This document shows positions 9,816 through 21,689 of a stretch of DNA of 64,000 nt, one piece after another (within the stretch, counting starts at the first letter, position 1; every line of letters starts with the position of its first letter). Under the pieces are notes generated by a model that did not search any database, was not told the DNA's origin, and worked only from the letters and a program-made list of their open reading frames with translations. The stretch is from Hyphomicrobiales bacterium (lineage in GTDB: Bacteria; Pseudomonadota; Alphaproteobacteria; MED-G09). The position numbers and the translations under genes were made by a program. Location: the NCBI GenBank assembly GCA_028339975.1, contig JAOLDG010000001.1, forward strand, positions 72,740 through 136,739. Direction: 5' to 3'.

Positions 9816-11168
9816 ATGCAAATTAATAATGATAAGAAAAAATCTCTTTTTATAAAGAGCTATGGATGTCAGATGAATGAATATGACTCCGAGCGAATGG
9901 CTGAAATTCTTGAGCCACTTAATTATTTTCCAGTTAGCGAACCAGGTAAGGCTGATCTAATAATATTGAATACATGTCACATTAGGGAGAAAGCAGCAGA
10001 AAAAATATATTCTGAGCTTGGGCGTATAAAAAAAATTAATCTTTCAAGTAAAAGAGATACAAAAATAGCTGTCGCAGGATGCGTTGGTCAGGCGCAGGGC
10101 CAGGAAATAATTAATAGAGCACCAATGGTGGATTTAGTGTTTGGTCCCCTTACCTACCATCAACTTCCAGAAATGTTGGAAAGTATTAAAACTGAAAAAG
10201 GCCTTCCAAAAAAGAGACTGGTGAATATTGATGTTCCAGATGTCGATAAATTTGATGAGCTAAAGGAGCCGCGGAAGTCATTAAAATCAATAAGTTCTTT
10301 ATTGTCCATTCAGGAGGGCTGTGACAAATTTTGTTCTTTTTGTGTTGTTCCTTATACAAGGGGCGTTGAAATATCGAGGCCAGCAAATCAAATTATGAAA
10401 GAGGCAATTGAGCTAATAGAGAGCGGCGCTAAAGAATTAATTCTATTAGGGCAAAATGTTAATGCTTGGTCAGGTAAAGGACTCGATGAATCTAGTTGGA
10501 CTTTCCCAAGGCTAATAAGAGAGTTATCTCAATTAAGTATAGAGAGAATTAGATATATAACTAGTCACCCCAGAGATATGACGGATGAACTAATGCGATC
10601 CCACAAAGATATTCAAAAACTTCAACCATATCTTCACCTCCCTGTTCAATCTGGTTCGGATAGAGTTCTAAAAGAAATGAACAGAGGATATACGTTTGCC
10701 GACTATATGAAGATTATTGATAAAACTAGAGAATATAGACCTGATATTGCTGTTTCTGGAGATTTTATAGTTGGATTTCCAGGAGAAACAGATAAAGATT
10801 TTCAAGATACCTTAAGAATTGTTGAGGAAGTAAAATATGCGCATGCATATAGTTTTAAGTATTCATCAAGACCTGGAACGCCCGCTTCAATGATGGAAAA
10901 TCATATAGAAGAGGATGTCAAAAGTGAGCGACTTAAAATTTTACAAGACTTAATAAAACAACAGACCAGAGATTTTAATAAATCTTTTGAAGGAAAGGAG
11001 ATTGACGTCCTAATTGACAAACCTGGTAATGGAGAGGATAGACTATCTGGACGATCCGCTTACTTACAAACGGTTCATATGGATGGTAAGGCTTCTATGA
11101 TTGGGCAGATCATAAAAGCAAAAGTTAGCAAGTCCAGGGATAATAGTCTGGAATGCGTTATTTCATAA
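9816..11168 (+). CDS. miaB: tRNA-2-methylthio-N6-dimethylallyladenosine synthase
   Basis: UPF0004 N-terminal domain (YIKSYGCQMNEYDSE), radical-SAM CDKFCSFCVVP, C-terminal TRAM domain. Confidence 0.95.
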   Translation: MQINNDKKKSLFIKSYGCQMNEYDSERMAEILEPLNYFPVSEPGKADLIILNTCHIREKAAEKIYSELGRIKKINLSSKRDTKIAVAGCVGQAQGQEIINRAPMVDLVFGPLTYHQLPEMLESIKTEKGLPKKRLVNIDVPDVDKFDELKEPRKSLKSISSLLSIQEGCDKFCSFCVVPYTRGVEISRPANQIMKEAIELIESGAKELILLGQNVNAWSGKGLDESSWTFPRLIRELSQLSIERIRYITSHPRDMTDELMRSHKDIQKLQPYLHLPVQSGSDRVLKEMNRGYTFADYMKIIDKTREYRPDIAVSGDFIVGFPGETDKDFQDTLRIVEEVKYAHAYSFKYSSRPGTPASMMENHIEEDVKSERLKILQDLIKQQTRDFNKSFEGKEIDVLIDKPGNGEDRLSGRSAYLQTVHMDGKASMIGQIIKAKVSKSRDNSLECVIS

Positions 11169-11177
11169 AGAGCTATA

Positions 11178-12152
11178 ATGAAGACAAATAAAAATCAGTT
11201 AAAAGAAATAAGTAAAGTCATTGAGCTCGAAGATAACTCTTGTTTAGTTGATTTATATGGCGAGCATGACGAAAATTTAATTAAGTTAGAAAATAATTTT
11301 GGTATTCATATTTCCTACCGAGGGAATATACTCGAGTTTAGGGGTAAAAATGATCCCTGCCTCGCTGCTAGTAAATTAGTTCTGCAGATTTATAAAAGAT
11401 TGCTAGAGGGTGAAAAGATAAACACAGAAATATTTGATAATTTCTCTAAAAAAAACGATCCCTATAATCCTGGAAAGCCAAACACCGTCTTAATTAAAAC
11501 AAAAAGAAAAAATATTTTTTCAAGATCCCTTAACCAATCTAAGTTTGTTGAATTAATAAAATCAAAAGATTTAGTTTTTGGTGTTGGCCCAGCTGGAACT
11601 GGTAAAACGTACCTTGCTGTTGCATGTGCCATGGAGGCTTTACTTAAAAAAGATATCAATAAAATAATTTTATCTCGACCAGCGGTTGAAGCAGGTGAAA
11701 GATTGGGATTTCTTCCAGGAGATTTAAAAGAAAAAATTGACCCCTACCTTCGGCCGCTTTATGACGCAATGAATGATCTATTACCTGAAAAAACTCTAGA
11801 AAAGTACATTGAAAATAATACTATAGAAATCGCTCCCTTAGCATTTATGAGGGGACGAACATTAGAAAATGCATTTATTATATTAGATGAAGCCCAAAAT
11901 ACTTCTTCAATGCAGATGAAAATGTTTTTAACAAGGCTAGGCAAAAATTCTCGAATGGTTGTTGTTGGTGACTCAACTCAAATCGATCTTCCAAGAGGTG
12001 AGAAATCTGGATTGAATGAGATACTTGAAATAATGCCAAAAACCAAGGATATCGGATTGGTCCATTTTAAAAATAAAGATATAACAAGACATAGTCTTGT
12101 AACAAAAATAGTAAAAGCTTATGAAAATAAAAAGAAAGAGATTAAAAAATAG
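11178..12152 (+). CDS. ybeZ: PhoH-like ATPase (YbeZ)
   Basis: Walker A GPAGTGKTYLAV. Conserved phoH-ybeY-corC order. Confidence 0.9.
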   Translation: MKTNKNQLKEISKVIELEDNSCLVDLYGEHDENLIKLENNFGIHISYRGNILEFRGKNDPCLAASKLVLQIYKRLLEGEKINTEIFDNFSKKNDPYNPGKPNTVLIKTKRKNIFSRSLNQSKFVELIKSKDLVFGVGPAGTGKTYLAVACAMEALLKKDINKIILSRPAVEAGERLGFLPGDLKEKIDPYLRPLYDAMNDLLPEKTLEKYIENNTIEIAPLAFMRGRTLENAFIILDEAQNTSSMQMKMFLTRLGKNSRMVVVGDSTQIDLPRGEKSGLNEILEIMPKTKDIGLVHFKNKDITRHSLVTKIVKAYENKKKEIKK

Positions 12153-12622
12153 TGTCAAATATTTTAATTGATATTTCAGCCAGTGATGAATGGAATAAGA
12201 AAGAAATTTCTTTAGTAAGGAAAATTTTATTATTTTCTTTTAAGTCCCTCTCAAATAAAAAATTAACGGAAATAAGTGTTAGGCTAACAGGAGATGAAGA
12301 AATTCAAATGTTAAACAAACAATTTAGAGATAAAAATTCTCCTACAAACGTTCTATCATTTTGTTCGCTGAATAACTCTAGTCATCCTGATGCTTCAGAT
12401 ATTCTTGGTGATATCGTAATTTCAAAAGATACCGTCTTAAGAGAGGCTAATGAATCAAGTAAAAATTTTGAACAACATTTATCTCATCTTGGAATTCACG
12501 GTTTATTACATTTACTTGGCTATTCTCATGATAAAGAAAAAGAGGCTTTAATTATGGAGGGTATTGAGGTCGAGATTTTAAATGACCTAGGAATACCAAA
12601 TCCATATGAGGTTAAAAAATGA
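12152..12622 (+). CDS. ybeY: endoribonuclease YbeY (rRNA maturation)
   Basis: HGLLHLLGYSHD (H-x3-H-x5-H zinc motif). GTG start overlapping the phoH stop. Confidence 0.9.
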   Translation: MSNILIDISASDEWNKKEISLVRKILLFSFKSLSNKKLTEISVRLTGDEEIQMLNKQFRDKNSPTNVLSFCSLNNSSHPDASDILGDIVISKDTVLREANESSKNFEQHLSHLGIHGLLHLLGYSHDKEKEALIMEGIEVEILNDLGIPNPYEVKK

Positions 12623-13482
12623 AAGAAGGATTAAAAAAAATAATTAATAAAATAAGGTCTATGTCAGAAAATATTTTAAATTTTTTAGTAAAAAAAGAGT
12701 CTAGCTCCTTAAGAACAATTCTAGAAGACCATGCTGATAATAAAAGGGAATTTAGCATATCAGAAAAAAATATGCTTACCAACATTATTGGGTTCGGAGA
12801 ATCTCGCGTAGAGGATTCTATGGTCCCTAGGGCCGATATTATAGCCGTTGATGTGAATATTTCCGCTCAAGAAGTAATCAAGCTATTCTCTGAATGCAAT
12901 CACTCTAGAATTGCATTATATCGTTCAACCCTAGATGATCCGGTTGGAATGCTTCATATTAAAGATTTTGTTAGGGCACTATCTGAAGTAGATATAGATG
13001 ATATAATCATAGAAAAGTTAGTTAAGGATATTATATTTGTACCTCCATCAATGAAATCTCGAGAGCTTCTATTAAAAATGCAGGTATCACGAATTCATAT
13101 GGCCCTTGTTATTGATGAATATGGTGGAACAGATGGCTTGCTTACAATTGAAAATCTTATTGAGGAAATTGTAGGGGAAATAGAAGACGAGCATTCTGAT
13201 AGTAGTTTAAAAAAAATAAATATATATGAAAATTTTCTAGATGTTCCTGCGCGAACAAAAATTGAAGAAGTTGAAGAGATTTTAGGCTTCTCTCTGCTTG
13301 AAGAAGAGGTTGATGAAGAAATTGAAACTATAGGCGGTTTAGTTTTTCTTTTAGCTGGAAGAATTCCCCAAAGGGGAGAATTAATCACTCACCCAAAAGG
13401 TTTTGAAATAGAAATAAGGGAAGTCGATCAAAGAAAAATTATAAATGTCAGGCTTAGAATAAATTCTATAAGAAATCCCTAG
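12619..13482 (+). CDS. corC: CBS-pair / CorC_HlyC transporter-associated domain protein (CorC/TlyC family)
   Basis: Two CBS motifs followed by a CorC_HlyC domain. ATGA overlap with ybeY. Confidence 0.85.
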   Translation: MKEGLKKIINKIRSMSENILNFLVKKESSSLRTILEDHADNKREFSISEKNMLTNIIGFGESRVEDSMVPRADIIAVDVNISAQEVIKLFSECNHSRIALYRSTLDDPVGMLHIKDFVRALSEVDIDDIIIEKLVKDIIFVPPSMKSRELLLKMQVSRIHMALVIDEYGGTDGLLTIENLIEEIVGEIEDEHSDSSLKKINIYENFLDVPARTKIEEVEEILGFSLLEEEVDEEIETIGGLVFLLAGRIPQRGELITHPKGFEIEIREVDQRKIINVRLRINSIRNP

Positions 13483-13497
13483 TAAGGATGAATTAAA

Positions 13498-15024
13498 ATG
13501 AAATCAAAGACCATAATGTTTCTTTTTTTCGGCGTGATTGTTTTTTCTTCAGGTTCTTTATCTGTTCTCTCTCAATCCCCATGGAATATAATTTTAATTC
13601 TTTTATTAACATTTCCAATTTTTTTTTATGTTCTAAATTATGTTGTTTCTCAAGAATCTTTTTTCAATAGACTATTAAATATTTCACTTTTTGGGAGTAT
13701 ATTTTTATATGGATATTTCTTTTTCGGACTTTCATGGGTTAGCTCTGCCTTTAACTATAGGGCCGAGTTAGAAGGTCTAAAGTCATTAAGTATTTTTGGG
13801 CTTCCTTTCTTATTAACCCTTGTTTCACTTCCGGGATGGTTATTTACAGCATTTTTCTGGGGGCCAGGCTTACAGAAATATATTGCAGTAGCCTTGGGAA
13901 TAGTGGCTGGTGAATATATTAGAGGTGCTCTTTTTACAGGATTTCCATGGATATTATTTGGTCATTCATTATCATTTGATGATAGAGCAATGCAAATAAT
14001 ATCAGCTATTGGGGCCCAAGGGGCCAGCTTTCTTATCGTCCTCTTTGCTCTAACTCCCGCCCTACTTTTAAGAAAAAAAACTTTTATTTATGGATTAATG
14101 TCTGGGATGATAATGCCATGCCTTATAGCCTATGGATTTTTAAAGATTCCTGATGAGTTAAATTTTTCTAAAAAGGATTTTTTATTAGTCCAACCAAATA
14201 TCTCTCAAGATGTAAAAATGAATGATAATAGTTTTTCTTCTTCAGTCGATAGGTTTATTACCTTGTCATCAGGTTATCCTAATGTTGATCTTATAATTTG
14301 GCCTGAAAGTGCCCTACCAATATTGTTAGAAGATAGCGATAAAACAAGGAAGGACATCATGGATTCTATAGACGGTGATTCAAAGTTACTAGCTGGATCT
14401 ATTAGAGTTGACCAGAATGGCTCCTACACAAATTCTGCATTATTAATAGATGATAATAGTAATATTAACTTAACATATGATAAGATTCATTTAGTTCCGT
14501 TTGGAGAATATTTACCTTTCTCAAATTTTATAAATAATTTTAAATTTCTAGAAATTATATCATCTGACAATGGTTTTAAAAAAGGTCAGTCTCCAGAGTT
14601 TATCAAAACACCAATTGGCCTTGCTCGATTATTAATCTGTTATGAAATAATATTTTCTAAAGAAATAATACTATCAAGTGAAAGGCCCGATGTGTTAATT
14701 AATATAACAAATGATGCATGGTTTGATAATTTTTCCGGCCCATATCAACATTTTGACAATGCAAGATTTCGTGCCATAGAGTATGGTTTACCTGTTTTAA
14801 GGTCTGCAAATACTGGAATTTCTGGTGTTATTGGGCCCTATGGAAGAGTTTTAGAGAAAATTAATCTTGGGGGCGCTGGGGTTATTTATTCTTTCTTACC
14901 TCAAAAAATAGAAAAAACTTTTTTTTCTAAATTTGGCGACTTCACATTATTAATTTTATTTATATTATGCATTTTGAGCTTTAGAAAAAATTTAATGAGA
15001 GAATATTTTTATGGGAAAAAATAA
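13498..15024 (+). CDS. lnt: apolipoprotein N-acyltransferase
   Basis: Multi-TM N-terminus followed by a CN-hydrolase domain (…WPES… / …LICYE… catalytic pattern). Confidence 0.85.
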   Translation: MKSKTIMFLFFGVIVFSSGSLSVLSQSPWNIILILLLTFPIFFYVLNYVVSQESFFNRLLNISLFGSIFLYGYFFFGLSWVSSAFNYRAELEGLKSLSIFGLPFLLTLVSLPGWLFTAFFWGPGLQKYIAVALGIVAGEYIRGALFTGFPWILFGHSLSFDDRAMQIISAIGAQGASFLIVLFALTPALLLRKKTFIYGLMSGMIMPCLIAYGFLKIPDELNFSKKDFLLVQPNISQDVKMNDNSFSSSVDRFITLSSGYPNVDLIIWPESALPILLEDSDKTRKDIMDSIDGDSKLLAGSIRVDQNGSYTNSALLIDDNSNINLTYDKIHLVPFGEYLPFSNFINNFKFLEIISSDNGFKKGQSPEFIKTPIGLARLLICYEIIFSKEIILSSERPDVLINITNDAWFDNFSGPYQHFDNARFRAIEYGLPVLRSANTGISGVIGPYGRVLEKINLGGAGVIYSFLPQKIEKTFFSKFGDFTLLILFILCILSFRKNLMREYFYGKK

Positions 15025-16186
15025 AGATTTTTTATTCACCTCTGAATCAGTTTCGGAAGGCCATCCAGATAAAGTTTGCGATCGGATTTCTGATAGTATC
15101 CTTGACCTTTATATTGCATCTGATCCTGAGGCCAGAGTTGCCGTTGAAACATTAGTAACAACAGATTTAGTTGTTGTTGCTGGAGAAATTCGATCGGCAG
15201 CTAATATTACTAAAGATACTATTGAAGAGACTATAAGGAATTCTGTTAAAGAAATTGGTTATGAGCAAGATGGATTTCATTGGGAAACTTTAAAAACTCA
15301 AATTCTTTTGCATGAGCAGTCTGAAGATATTGCCCTTGGAGTGGACTCAATTGGCAATGAGAAAGAAGAGGGTGCCGGGGATCAAGGAATAATGTTTGGA
15401 TTTGCTTGTAATGAAACACCTGAGTTTATGCCTGCCCCAATACTTTATTCTCATAAAATCTTAAAATCGTTAGCTCACAAAAGACATACTGGGCTTATAG
15501 AAGGTATACTTCCAGATTCCAAATCTCAAGTTACACTTAAATATGAAGGAGGAAAGCCTAAGTATATTGACTCTATTGTTGTTTCCTCGCAACACACTGA
15601 GGATTGTTCTCAAGAAAGGATTCAGGAGATTGTTAAGGATATAATAAATGAAGTTATGCCTCAAGAATGGTTAACAAATGACACATCATATATTGTTAAC
15701 CCAACTGGAAAATTTGTAATAGGTGGACCGGTTGGGGATACTGGATTGACTGGTAGAAAAATCATAGTTGATACATACGGTGGATCTGCTCCCCATGGTG
15801 GTGGTGCTTTTTCTGGAAAAGATCCCACAAAAGTAGATCGCTCCGCAGCATATGTATCTCGATATCTTGCAAAAAATATTGTTGCCGCAGGAATCTCCGA
15901 CCGTTGTACAATTCAGCTTTCTTATGCAATTGGCATTTCAGAACCTTTATCTGTTTATGCAGATCTTCATGGAAATGGAAAAGTTTTAGAAAAAGATTTA
16001 GTAAAAGTTTTAAGAAATTTAGTTGATTTAACCCCTAGAGGTATAAGAGAGACGCTAGGCTTAAATAAACCAATTTTTTCTCAAACCTCTTCATATGGCC
16101 ATTTTGGAAGAGAGCCAAGTGCTGATGGAGGTTTTAGTTGGGAAAAATTAGATTTAGCTGAATCTATCTCTGATGCCCTCAAGTAA
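15011..16186 (+). CDS. metK: S-adenosylmethionine synthase
   Basis: [28 protein letters not shown] motifs. Overlaps the lnt 3' end by 14 nt. Confidence 0.95.
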   Translation: MGKNKDFLFTSESVSEGHPDKVCDRISDSILDLYIASDPEARVAVETLVTTDLVVVAGEIRSAANITKDTIEETIRNSVKEIGYEQDGFHWETLKTQILLHEQSEDIALGVDSIGNEKEEGAGDQGIMFGFACNETPEFMPAPILYSHKILKSLAHKRHTGLIEGILPDSKSQVTLKYEGGKPKYIDSIVVSSQHTEDCSQERIQEIVKDIINEVMPQEWLTNDTSYIVNPTGKFVIGGPVGDTGLTGRKIIVDTYGGSAPHGGGAFSGKDPTKVDRSAAYVSRYLAKNIVAAGISDRCTIQLSYAIGISEPLSVYADLHGNGKVLEKDLVKVLRNLVDLTPRGIRETLGLNKPIFSQTSSYGHFGREPSADGGFSWEKLDLAESISDALK

Positions 16187-16847
16187 AATACAGAAAAATG
16201 TTATAACTGTACGCGGTCGAGAAAGGTCTCTTACTATTAAGCAAAAAAACCTATTCTCTAATTTAGACAAGTATAAGCTAGATTTTTCATTACTTAAAAA
16301 AGATAAGAAATATAAAGGCAGTAAGCTGTTTTTCGAAATTGGGTTTGGGTCAGGTGATATTATTTATAGGCAGGCCAAGCTTAACCCAAACGATTTATTT
16401 ATAGGAGTAGAATATTACCGAAAGGGGATTACTCAGCTAATAGAAAAAATTGAAAATAATAATATAGAAAATATAAAAATTTTACACGGTGACGCTCGTA
16501 AAATTTTAATGAATATACCAGATGGTATTTTTGAGGAGATATGGTTATTTTTTCCAGACCCTTGGCCCAAAAATAGACATGAGAAAAGAAGATTTATTCA
16601 ATTAGATATGATTGATACACTGGCTAGCAAGATTAAAAAGGATGGTAAACTTTTAATCTCTTCCGACGACAAAAATTATATTGGATGGACGCTAAGCTTA
16701 CTGCTTATGAAAAATTGTTTTAATTGGCTTGCCTTAGGCCCTAGCGATTGGAGGTTGCCTAATAATGACTATTTTGGTTCACGTTATGAAAAAAAAGGAA
16801 TTAAAAGTGACAGGGAGCCATACTTTCTTAAATTTCAAAAAATTTAA
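16173..16847 (+). CDS. trmB: tRNA (guanine46-N7)-methyltransferase
   Basis: SAM-binding [15 protein letters not shown] motif. Overlaps the metK 3' end. Confidence 0.85.
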   Translation: MPSSKIQKNVITVRGRERSLTIKQKNLFSNLDKYKLDFSLLKKDKKYKGSKLFFEIGFGSGDIIYRQAKLNPNDLFIGVEYYRKGITQLIEKIENNNIENIKILHGDARKILMNIPDGIFEEIWLFFPDPWPKNRHEKRRFIQLDMIDTLASKIKKDGKLLISSDDKNYIGWTLSLLLMKNCFNWLALGPSDWRLPNNDYFGSRYEKKGIKSDREPYFLKFQKI

Positions 16848-16938
16848 TAGTTTGGTCTGACTAATTAATAATCTTGAAATTAATCTTTAATTGAGCTAAA
16901 AGATAAAGATATTTCGAATTTGTTGATTAAAATACGAA

Positions 16939-16976
16939 GTGGGCAGGCTAGACCTTTCCCGCTTTTTTTATTTTTT
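16939..16976 (+). terminator. possible intrinsic terminator / leader attenuator between trmB and rimP
   Basis: Imperfect stem GTGGGCAGG / CCTTTCCCGC (1 mismatch, 2 G-U pairs), 6-nt loop, then T7-A-T6. It lies only about 12 nt before the rimP start. Confidence 0.3.
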
Positions 16977-16988
16977 GGATGCTAAATA

Positions 16989-17507
16989 TTGGAAGAAAAA
17001 AAGAACATAAACTATTTTGAACATCTCGTTGCCCCTGGTAAGGCTAGTGATTTTTTTTCTATATTTGAGTCAGTTATTAATAAGACGCCCTATAGTCTTG
17101 TTAGATTGAAAATTAGTGGAAGTGATGAGCTTCAAATTCAAATAATGGCTGAAAAAAAGGATAAATCTATGGTAATTGAGGATTGTAAAAAACTAAGCAC
17201 AATGCTTATAGACTTTATTGAAGATCCCAAATCAAGCATTGAAAATTATATTTTAGAGGTCTCTTCTCCAGGAATAGATAGGCCATTAACAAGCAAAGAA
17301 GATTTTTCTTATTGGGCTGGTAGTAATATTATGATGAAGCTAAAGAAGCCAATTAATTCTTTGAAAAAATATGAAGGAACGCTTAAAGGTTTCTTTAATG
17401 AAAAAATTGAAATAGATATTTCTGGTGGCCATGAGGAAAATTTACTTATAGAGCCTGAAACTATAAAAAGTATAAATGTTGTTTGGTCTCCAGAGACGTC
17501 CCAATAA
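16989..17507 (+). CDS. rimP: ribosome maturation factor RimP
   Basis: 172 aa, TTG start. Conserved position immediately upstream of nusA-infB. RimP-like N-terminal block (LEVSSPGIDRPL). Confidence 0.75.
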   Translation: MEEKKNINYFEHLVAPGKASDFFSIFESVINKTPYSLVRLKISGSDELQIQIMAEKKDKSMVIEDCKKLSTMLIDFIEDPKSSIENYILEVSSPGIDRPLTSKEDFSYWAGSNIMMKLKKPINSLKKYEGTLKGFFNEKIEIDISGGHEENLLIEPETIKSINVVWSPETSQ

Positions 17508-17540
17508 ATTTAATTGTAAATTACTAGTGAAGAGGAAAAA

Positions 17541-19181
17541 ATGTCAACAAAAGGAATTAGCGCAAATAGACTTGAATTACTTCAAATTGCAGATGCCGTT
17601 GCAAGAGAGAAATCCATTGATAAAGCAATTGTAATATCTGCTATGGAAGAGGCGATTCAAAAAGCTGCAGCATCCAGGTATGGAATTGAAAATAATATTA
17701 AAGCTGCGATTGATACTGAAACTGGCTCCATAACATTAATGAGATTGCTTGATATTGTTGATAAAGTTGAAGATTTTTCAACTCAAATTAATATTGAAGA
17801 TGCTAAATTAAAAAATCCTGAAGCATCGATAGGTGGTGACCCAATCGAGGAAGAACTTCCTCCAATTGATTTTGGTAGAGTGGCTGCTCAAAGTGCTAAG
17901 CAGGTAATTTTTCAAAAAGTACGTGAAGCTGAGAGAGAAAGGCATTTTGAGGAGTTTAAAGATCGAGTTGGAGAGATAATAAGTGGTGTTATTAAGCGTG
18001 TTGAGTACGGAACTGTAATAGTTGATTTAGGCAGGGCAGAAGCGGTAATTCGCAAAGATGCTCTTTTACCAAGAGAAGTTTACAAGCCGGGTGATCGAGT
18101 AAGAGCTTATATTATGGAAGTAAAGAGAGAAATAAGAGGCCCACAAATATTTTTATCAAGAACTCATTCAGACTTTATGGCTAATTTATTTGCTCAAGAG
18201 GTTCCAGAGATTTATGATGGTATTATCGAAATCATTGGAGTTGCCAGGGATCCAGGTAGCAGAGCAAAGATAGCAGTTTTATCAAAAGATTCTTCTATTG
18301 ACCCTGTTGGTGCATGTGTTGGTATGAGGGGAAGCAGAGTTCAAGCTGTTGTTAATGAACTACAAGGAGAGAAGATAGATATTTTATCATGGACAGATGA
18401 TATTGCATCTTTTGTTGTTAAAGCGCTTCAGCCAGCAGAAGTTCAAAAAGTTGTTCTTTATGAGAGTGAACAAAGACTAGAAGTAGTTGTTCCTGAAGAA
18501 CAATTATCTTTAGCAATTGGTAGAAGAGGTCAAAATGTGAGGCTAGCCTCCACTTTGTGTGGCTGGGATATTGATATCCTAACAGAAGACCAAGAATCAG
18601 AAAGAAGACAAAAGGAATTCCTAGAAAGGACAAATTTATTTATGGAAGCCCTTGATGTTGATGAATTGCTTTCACAACTTTTAGTTACTGAAGGATTTAA
18701 TGATATAAATGAACTTGCACTTGTTGATCTTAAAGAAATTTCTAATATCGCAGGCTTTGATGAAGATACTGCAGAGGAGATCCAAGCGAGGGCTGCTGAT
18801 TTCTTGAATAAAGAAAATAAAGAACTTGAAGAAAAATGTAAGTCTCTGGGCATAGCCGAGGATCTATTGGGAGTTGAAGAGCTATCTTTAAAAATGATAG
18901 TTTCTTTGGGCGAAAATGATGTAAAAAATTTAGAGGATTTTGCTTATTGCTCTTCTGATGATTTACTTGGATGGGATGAAGTAATAGATGGCGAAAAAAA
19001 ACGAGAGAAAGGAATTCTCGAAGATCATGATATTGATATATCTCAAGCTAACGAATTAATTATGTCAGCGAGAATTAAACTAGGAATAATTCCAGAGGAG
19101 TCTCAAGACACAGAAGCGCATGATGATGATTCTGTAGATAATGATAGTGAGACAAATAATCCATTAGATGCTATCGATTAA
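17541..19181 (+). CDS. nusA: transcription termination/antitermination factor NusA
   Basis: N-terminal domain, S1, two KH domains (GSRVQAV...), acidic C-terminal repeats. Confidence 0.95.
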   Translation: MSTKGISANRLELLQIADAVAREKSIDKAIVISAMEEAIQKAAASRYGIENNIKAAIDTETGSITLMRLLDIVDKVEDFSTQINIEDAKLKNPEASIGGDPIEEELPPIDFGRVAAQSAKQVIFQKVREAERERHFEEFKDRVGEIISGVIKRVEYGTVIVDLGRAEAVIRKDALLPREVYKPGDRVRAYIMEVKREIRGPQIFLSRTHSDFMANLFAQEVPEIYDGIIEIIGVARDPGSRAKIAVLSKDSSIDPVGACVGMRGSRVQAVVNELQGEKIDILSWTDDIASFVVKALQPAEVQKVVLYESEQRLEVVVPEEQLSLAIGRRGQNVRLASTLCGWDIDILTEDQESERRQKEFLERTNLFMEALDVDELLSQLLVTEGFNDINELALVDLKEISNIAGFDEDTAEEIQARAADFLNKENKELEEKCKSLGIAEDLLGVEELSLKMIVSLGENDVKNLEDFAYCSSDDLLGWDEVIDGEKKREKGILEDHDIDISQANELIMSARIKLGIIPEESQDTEAHDDDSVDNDSETNNPLDAID

Positions 19182-19244
19182 GAATTGTTTAAAGGTAAAA
19201 AATTACTTTAACTATTTTAATGGAATAAAATTAAAGATAAAAAT

Positions 19245-21671
19245 ATGACAGAAAAAACATCAAAGGGTAATAAAGAAAGAACTCTGACCTTAAAGCCAGG
19301 AGTTCCATCAACCTCTAACTCTAAAGGCTCAAGATCTACATCTAGAGTTTCAACAGTTGTTGTTGAATCAAGGCGAGGAAAAGTATCTCAAACCAGAAAA
19401 CCCTTAGCCCCAAGGGTTAAAGTTAGAGGAGCCCCTGTGGCGCCAAATGTTTTTCGATCTAAAGATCAGGGGGATGAAGATTCATCATCAGTTAGAAATT
19501 TAACTGACAATGAGAGAGATGCTCGCGAGAGAGCACTAGAGAATGCAAAAATTAGAAATGAATCTGAGGAAGTAGTAAAAAAAGAAAGAGTTGCTAAAAA
19601 AGCAAAATCTTCTAATTCAGATTCTGTTGACCCAGCAAATATACCTGCAAAAAAAGATCCGGAAAGACTAAAAGAAAAAACAAAATCTATAAAATCTGAT
19701 TCATCCTCTAGTCCAAAAAAGAAAGAAACAAAGAAAACTGAAAAAAATGAAAAATCTGATAGATACAGTAAGGACAATCAAAAAAGAAGGGCCGGTAAAC
19801 TCTCTATTTCTCAGGCACTTAATGAAGAAGAAAGACAGCGTTCATTAGCATCGATAAAAAGAAGACAAGAAAAGGCCAGAAAAAAAGCTACATCAGCAGA
19901 TTTACCTAAAGAAAAGATTTCTAGAAATGTAATCATTCCAGAGGTTATAACGGTTCAAGAACTTTCAAATAGAATGGCTGAAAGAGGTATTGACGTTATA
20001 AAATCATTAATGAATCAGGGCATGATGGTAAAGATCAATGATACCTTAGATTCTGATACTGCTCAACTTATAGCTGAAGATTTTGGGCACAGTGTTACAA
20101 GGGTTTCTGAATCTGATATTGAGGAAGGAATTACATCCATTGAGGATCGAGAAGAAGATAAAAAACCAAGGCCTCCTGTTGTAACTGTTATGGGGCATGT
20201 AGATCACGGAAAAACAACACTTCTGGATGCAATCCGAGAGTCAAATGATGTAGCAGGTGAAGCCGGCGGCATTACACAGCATATTGGAGCTTATCAAACG
20301 AAAGTAAAGGATGATAAAAAAATAACATTTATTGATACGCCTGGGCATGCTGCTTTTACCTCAATGAGGGCAAGGGGAGCAAAAGTTACCGATATTGTTA
20401 TTCTAGTTGTTGCTGCTGATGATGGTGTTATGCCTCAAACAATAGAGGCTATAAACCATGCCAAGGAAGCAAATGCTCCAATTATTGTAGCTATAAATAA
20501 GATGGATAAGCCCGGTGCAAACCCAACAAATGCTAGAAATGCATTACTTCAACACGAAATAGTTGTTGAGGAGCTTGGCGGAGAAATTCAATCTGTAGAA
20601 CTTTCTGCAATAACAAAAGATGGAATTAATGATCTTATTGATGCAATTATCTTGCAAGCTGAGCTTTTAGATTTAAAGGCTAATCCGAATAGGCCTGCAG
20701 AAGGGTTTGTAATTGAGGCTAAGCTCGATAAAAACAGAGGACCAGCTGTTACCTCAATAGTTCAAAGGGGCACATTAAAAATTGGTGATATATTGGTAGT
20801 GGGCGAGCATTCAGGTAAAGTCCGTTCCTTAGTCAATGATCAGGGTGAAACAATAAAAGAGTGTTTTCCAGGTGAACCAGTTGAAATTCTCGGGTTGAGT
20901 CAAACACCTGCGGCCGGTGATATCTTGTCTGTTGTCGAGAGTGATGCAAGGGCTAGAGAGATATCAGAATATAGAAAAAGAAAATCTAAATCAAAAACTC
21001 CAAACTTATCTCAAGTTAACTTAGAGCAATTATTTTCTAAATCTAACCAAACACAAAAAAAAGAAATTTTAGTTATCGTTAAGTCTGATGTTCAAGGTTC
21101 TTCGGAGGCTATAAAAGAAGGGCTTCTAAGTCTTGGCAATGAAGAGGTCTCATGCAGGATGATTCATGTTGGGGCAGGAGCAATTTCTGAAAGTGATATA
21201 ACCTTAGCAGAGGCATCAAATGCCATCGTTCTTGGTTTTAATGTGAGAGCAAATAATCAAGCAAAAGCATTGGCGGAAAAATCTGGGATCACTGTTCTTT
21301 ATCATTCAATAATTTATGACCTATTGGATGATATTAAAGACTTACTTGAAGGAAAACTTGATCCAGAACTCCGTTCAACTATTACTGGAGTTGCTGAGGT
21401 TCTAGAGGTATTTAAAAACTCAAAAATTGGGAATATTGCAGGCTGCAATGTAGTTGATGGGACAATCATTAAAGGATTACATGGAAAGCTTTTAAGGGAT
21501 GATATAGTTATTTACGATGGATTGTTATCCACCCTAAGAAGGTTTAAAGATGAAGCAAAAGAAGTTAAGGCTGGACAAGAATGCGGCCTTTCTTTTGATA
21601 ATAATCAAGATATTAAGCCTGGTGACAAAATTGAATGTTACAAAATTGATGAAATAAAAAGAACTATTTAG
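19245..21671 (+). CDS. infB: translation initiation factor IF-2
   Basis: Low-complexity Lys/Ser-rich N-terminus, G-domain [21 protein letters not shown]. Confidence 0.95.
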   Translation: MTEKTSKGNKERTLTLKPGVPSTSNSKGSRSTSRVSTVVVESRRGKVSQTRKPLAPRVKVRGAPVAPNVFRSKDQGDEDSSSVRNLTDNERDARERALENAKIRNESEEVVKKERVAKKAKSSNSDSVDPANIPAKKDPERLKEKTKSIKSDSSSSPKKKETKKTEKNEKSDRYSKDNQKRRAGKLSISQALNEEERQRSLASIKRRQEKARKKATSADLPKEKISRNVIIPEVITVQELSNRMAERGIDVIKSLMNQGMMVKINDTLDSDTAQLIAEDFGHSVTRVSESDIEEGITSIEDREEDKKPRPPVVTVMGHVDHGKTTLLDAIRESNDVAGEAGGITQHIGAYQTKVKDDKKITFIDTPGHAAFTSMRARGAKVTDIVILVVAADDGVMPQTIEAINHAKEANAPIIVAINKMDKPGANPTNARNALLQHEIVVEELGGEIQSVELSAITKDGINDLIDAIILQAELLDLKANPNRPAEGFVIEAKLDKNRGPAVTSIVQRGTLKIGDILVVGEHSGKVRSLVNDQGETIKECFPGEPVEILGLSQTPAAGDILSVVESDARAREISEYRKRKSKSKTPNLSQVNLEQLFSKSNQTQKKEILVIVKSDVQGSSEAIKEGLLSLGNEEVSCRMIHVGAGAISESDITLAEASNAIVLGFNVRANNQAKALAEKSGITVLYHSIIYDLLDDIKDLLEGKLDPELRSTITGVAEVLEVFKNSKIGNIAGCNVVDGTIIKGLHGKLLRDDIVIYDGLLSTLRRFKDEAKEVKAGQECGLSFDNNQDIKPGDKIECYKIDEIKRTI

Positions 21672-21689
21672 GAAGCAGAGGCTCATATT

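Noticed and set aside
15011-16186. SAM riboswitch upstream of metK
   Set aside because: metK overlaps the end of lnt, leaving no leader region.
19466-19777. 103-aa minus-strand ORF rich in Ser/Phe/Glu
   Set aside because: It is antisense to the low-complexity Lys/Glu-rich N-terminal region of infB and is the mirror image of AAA/GAA codons. Not a gene.
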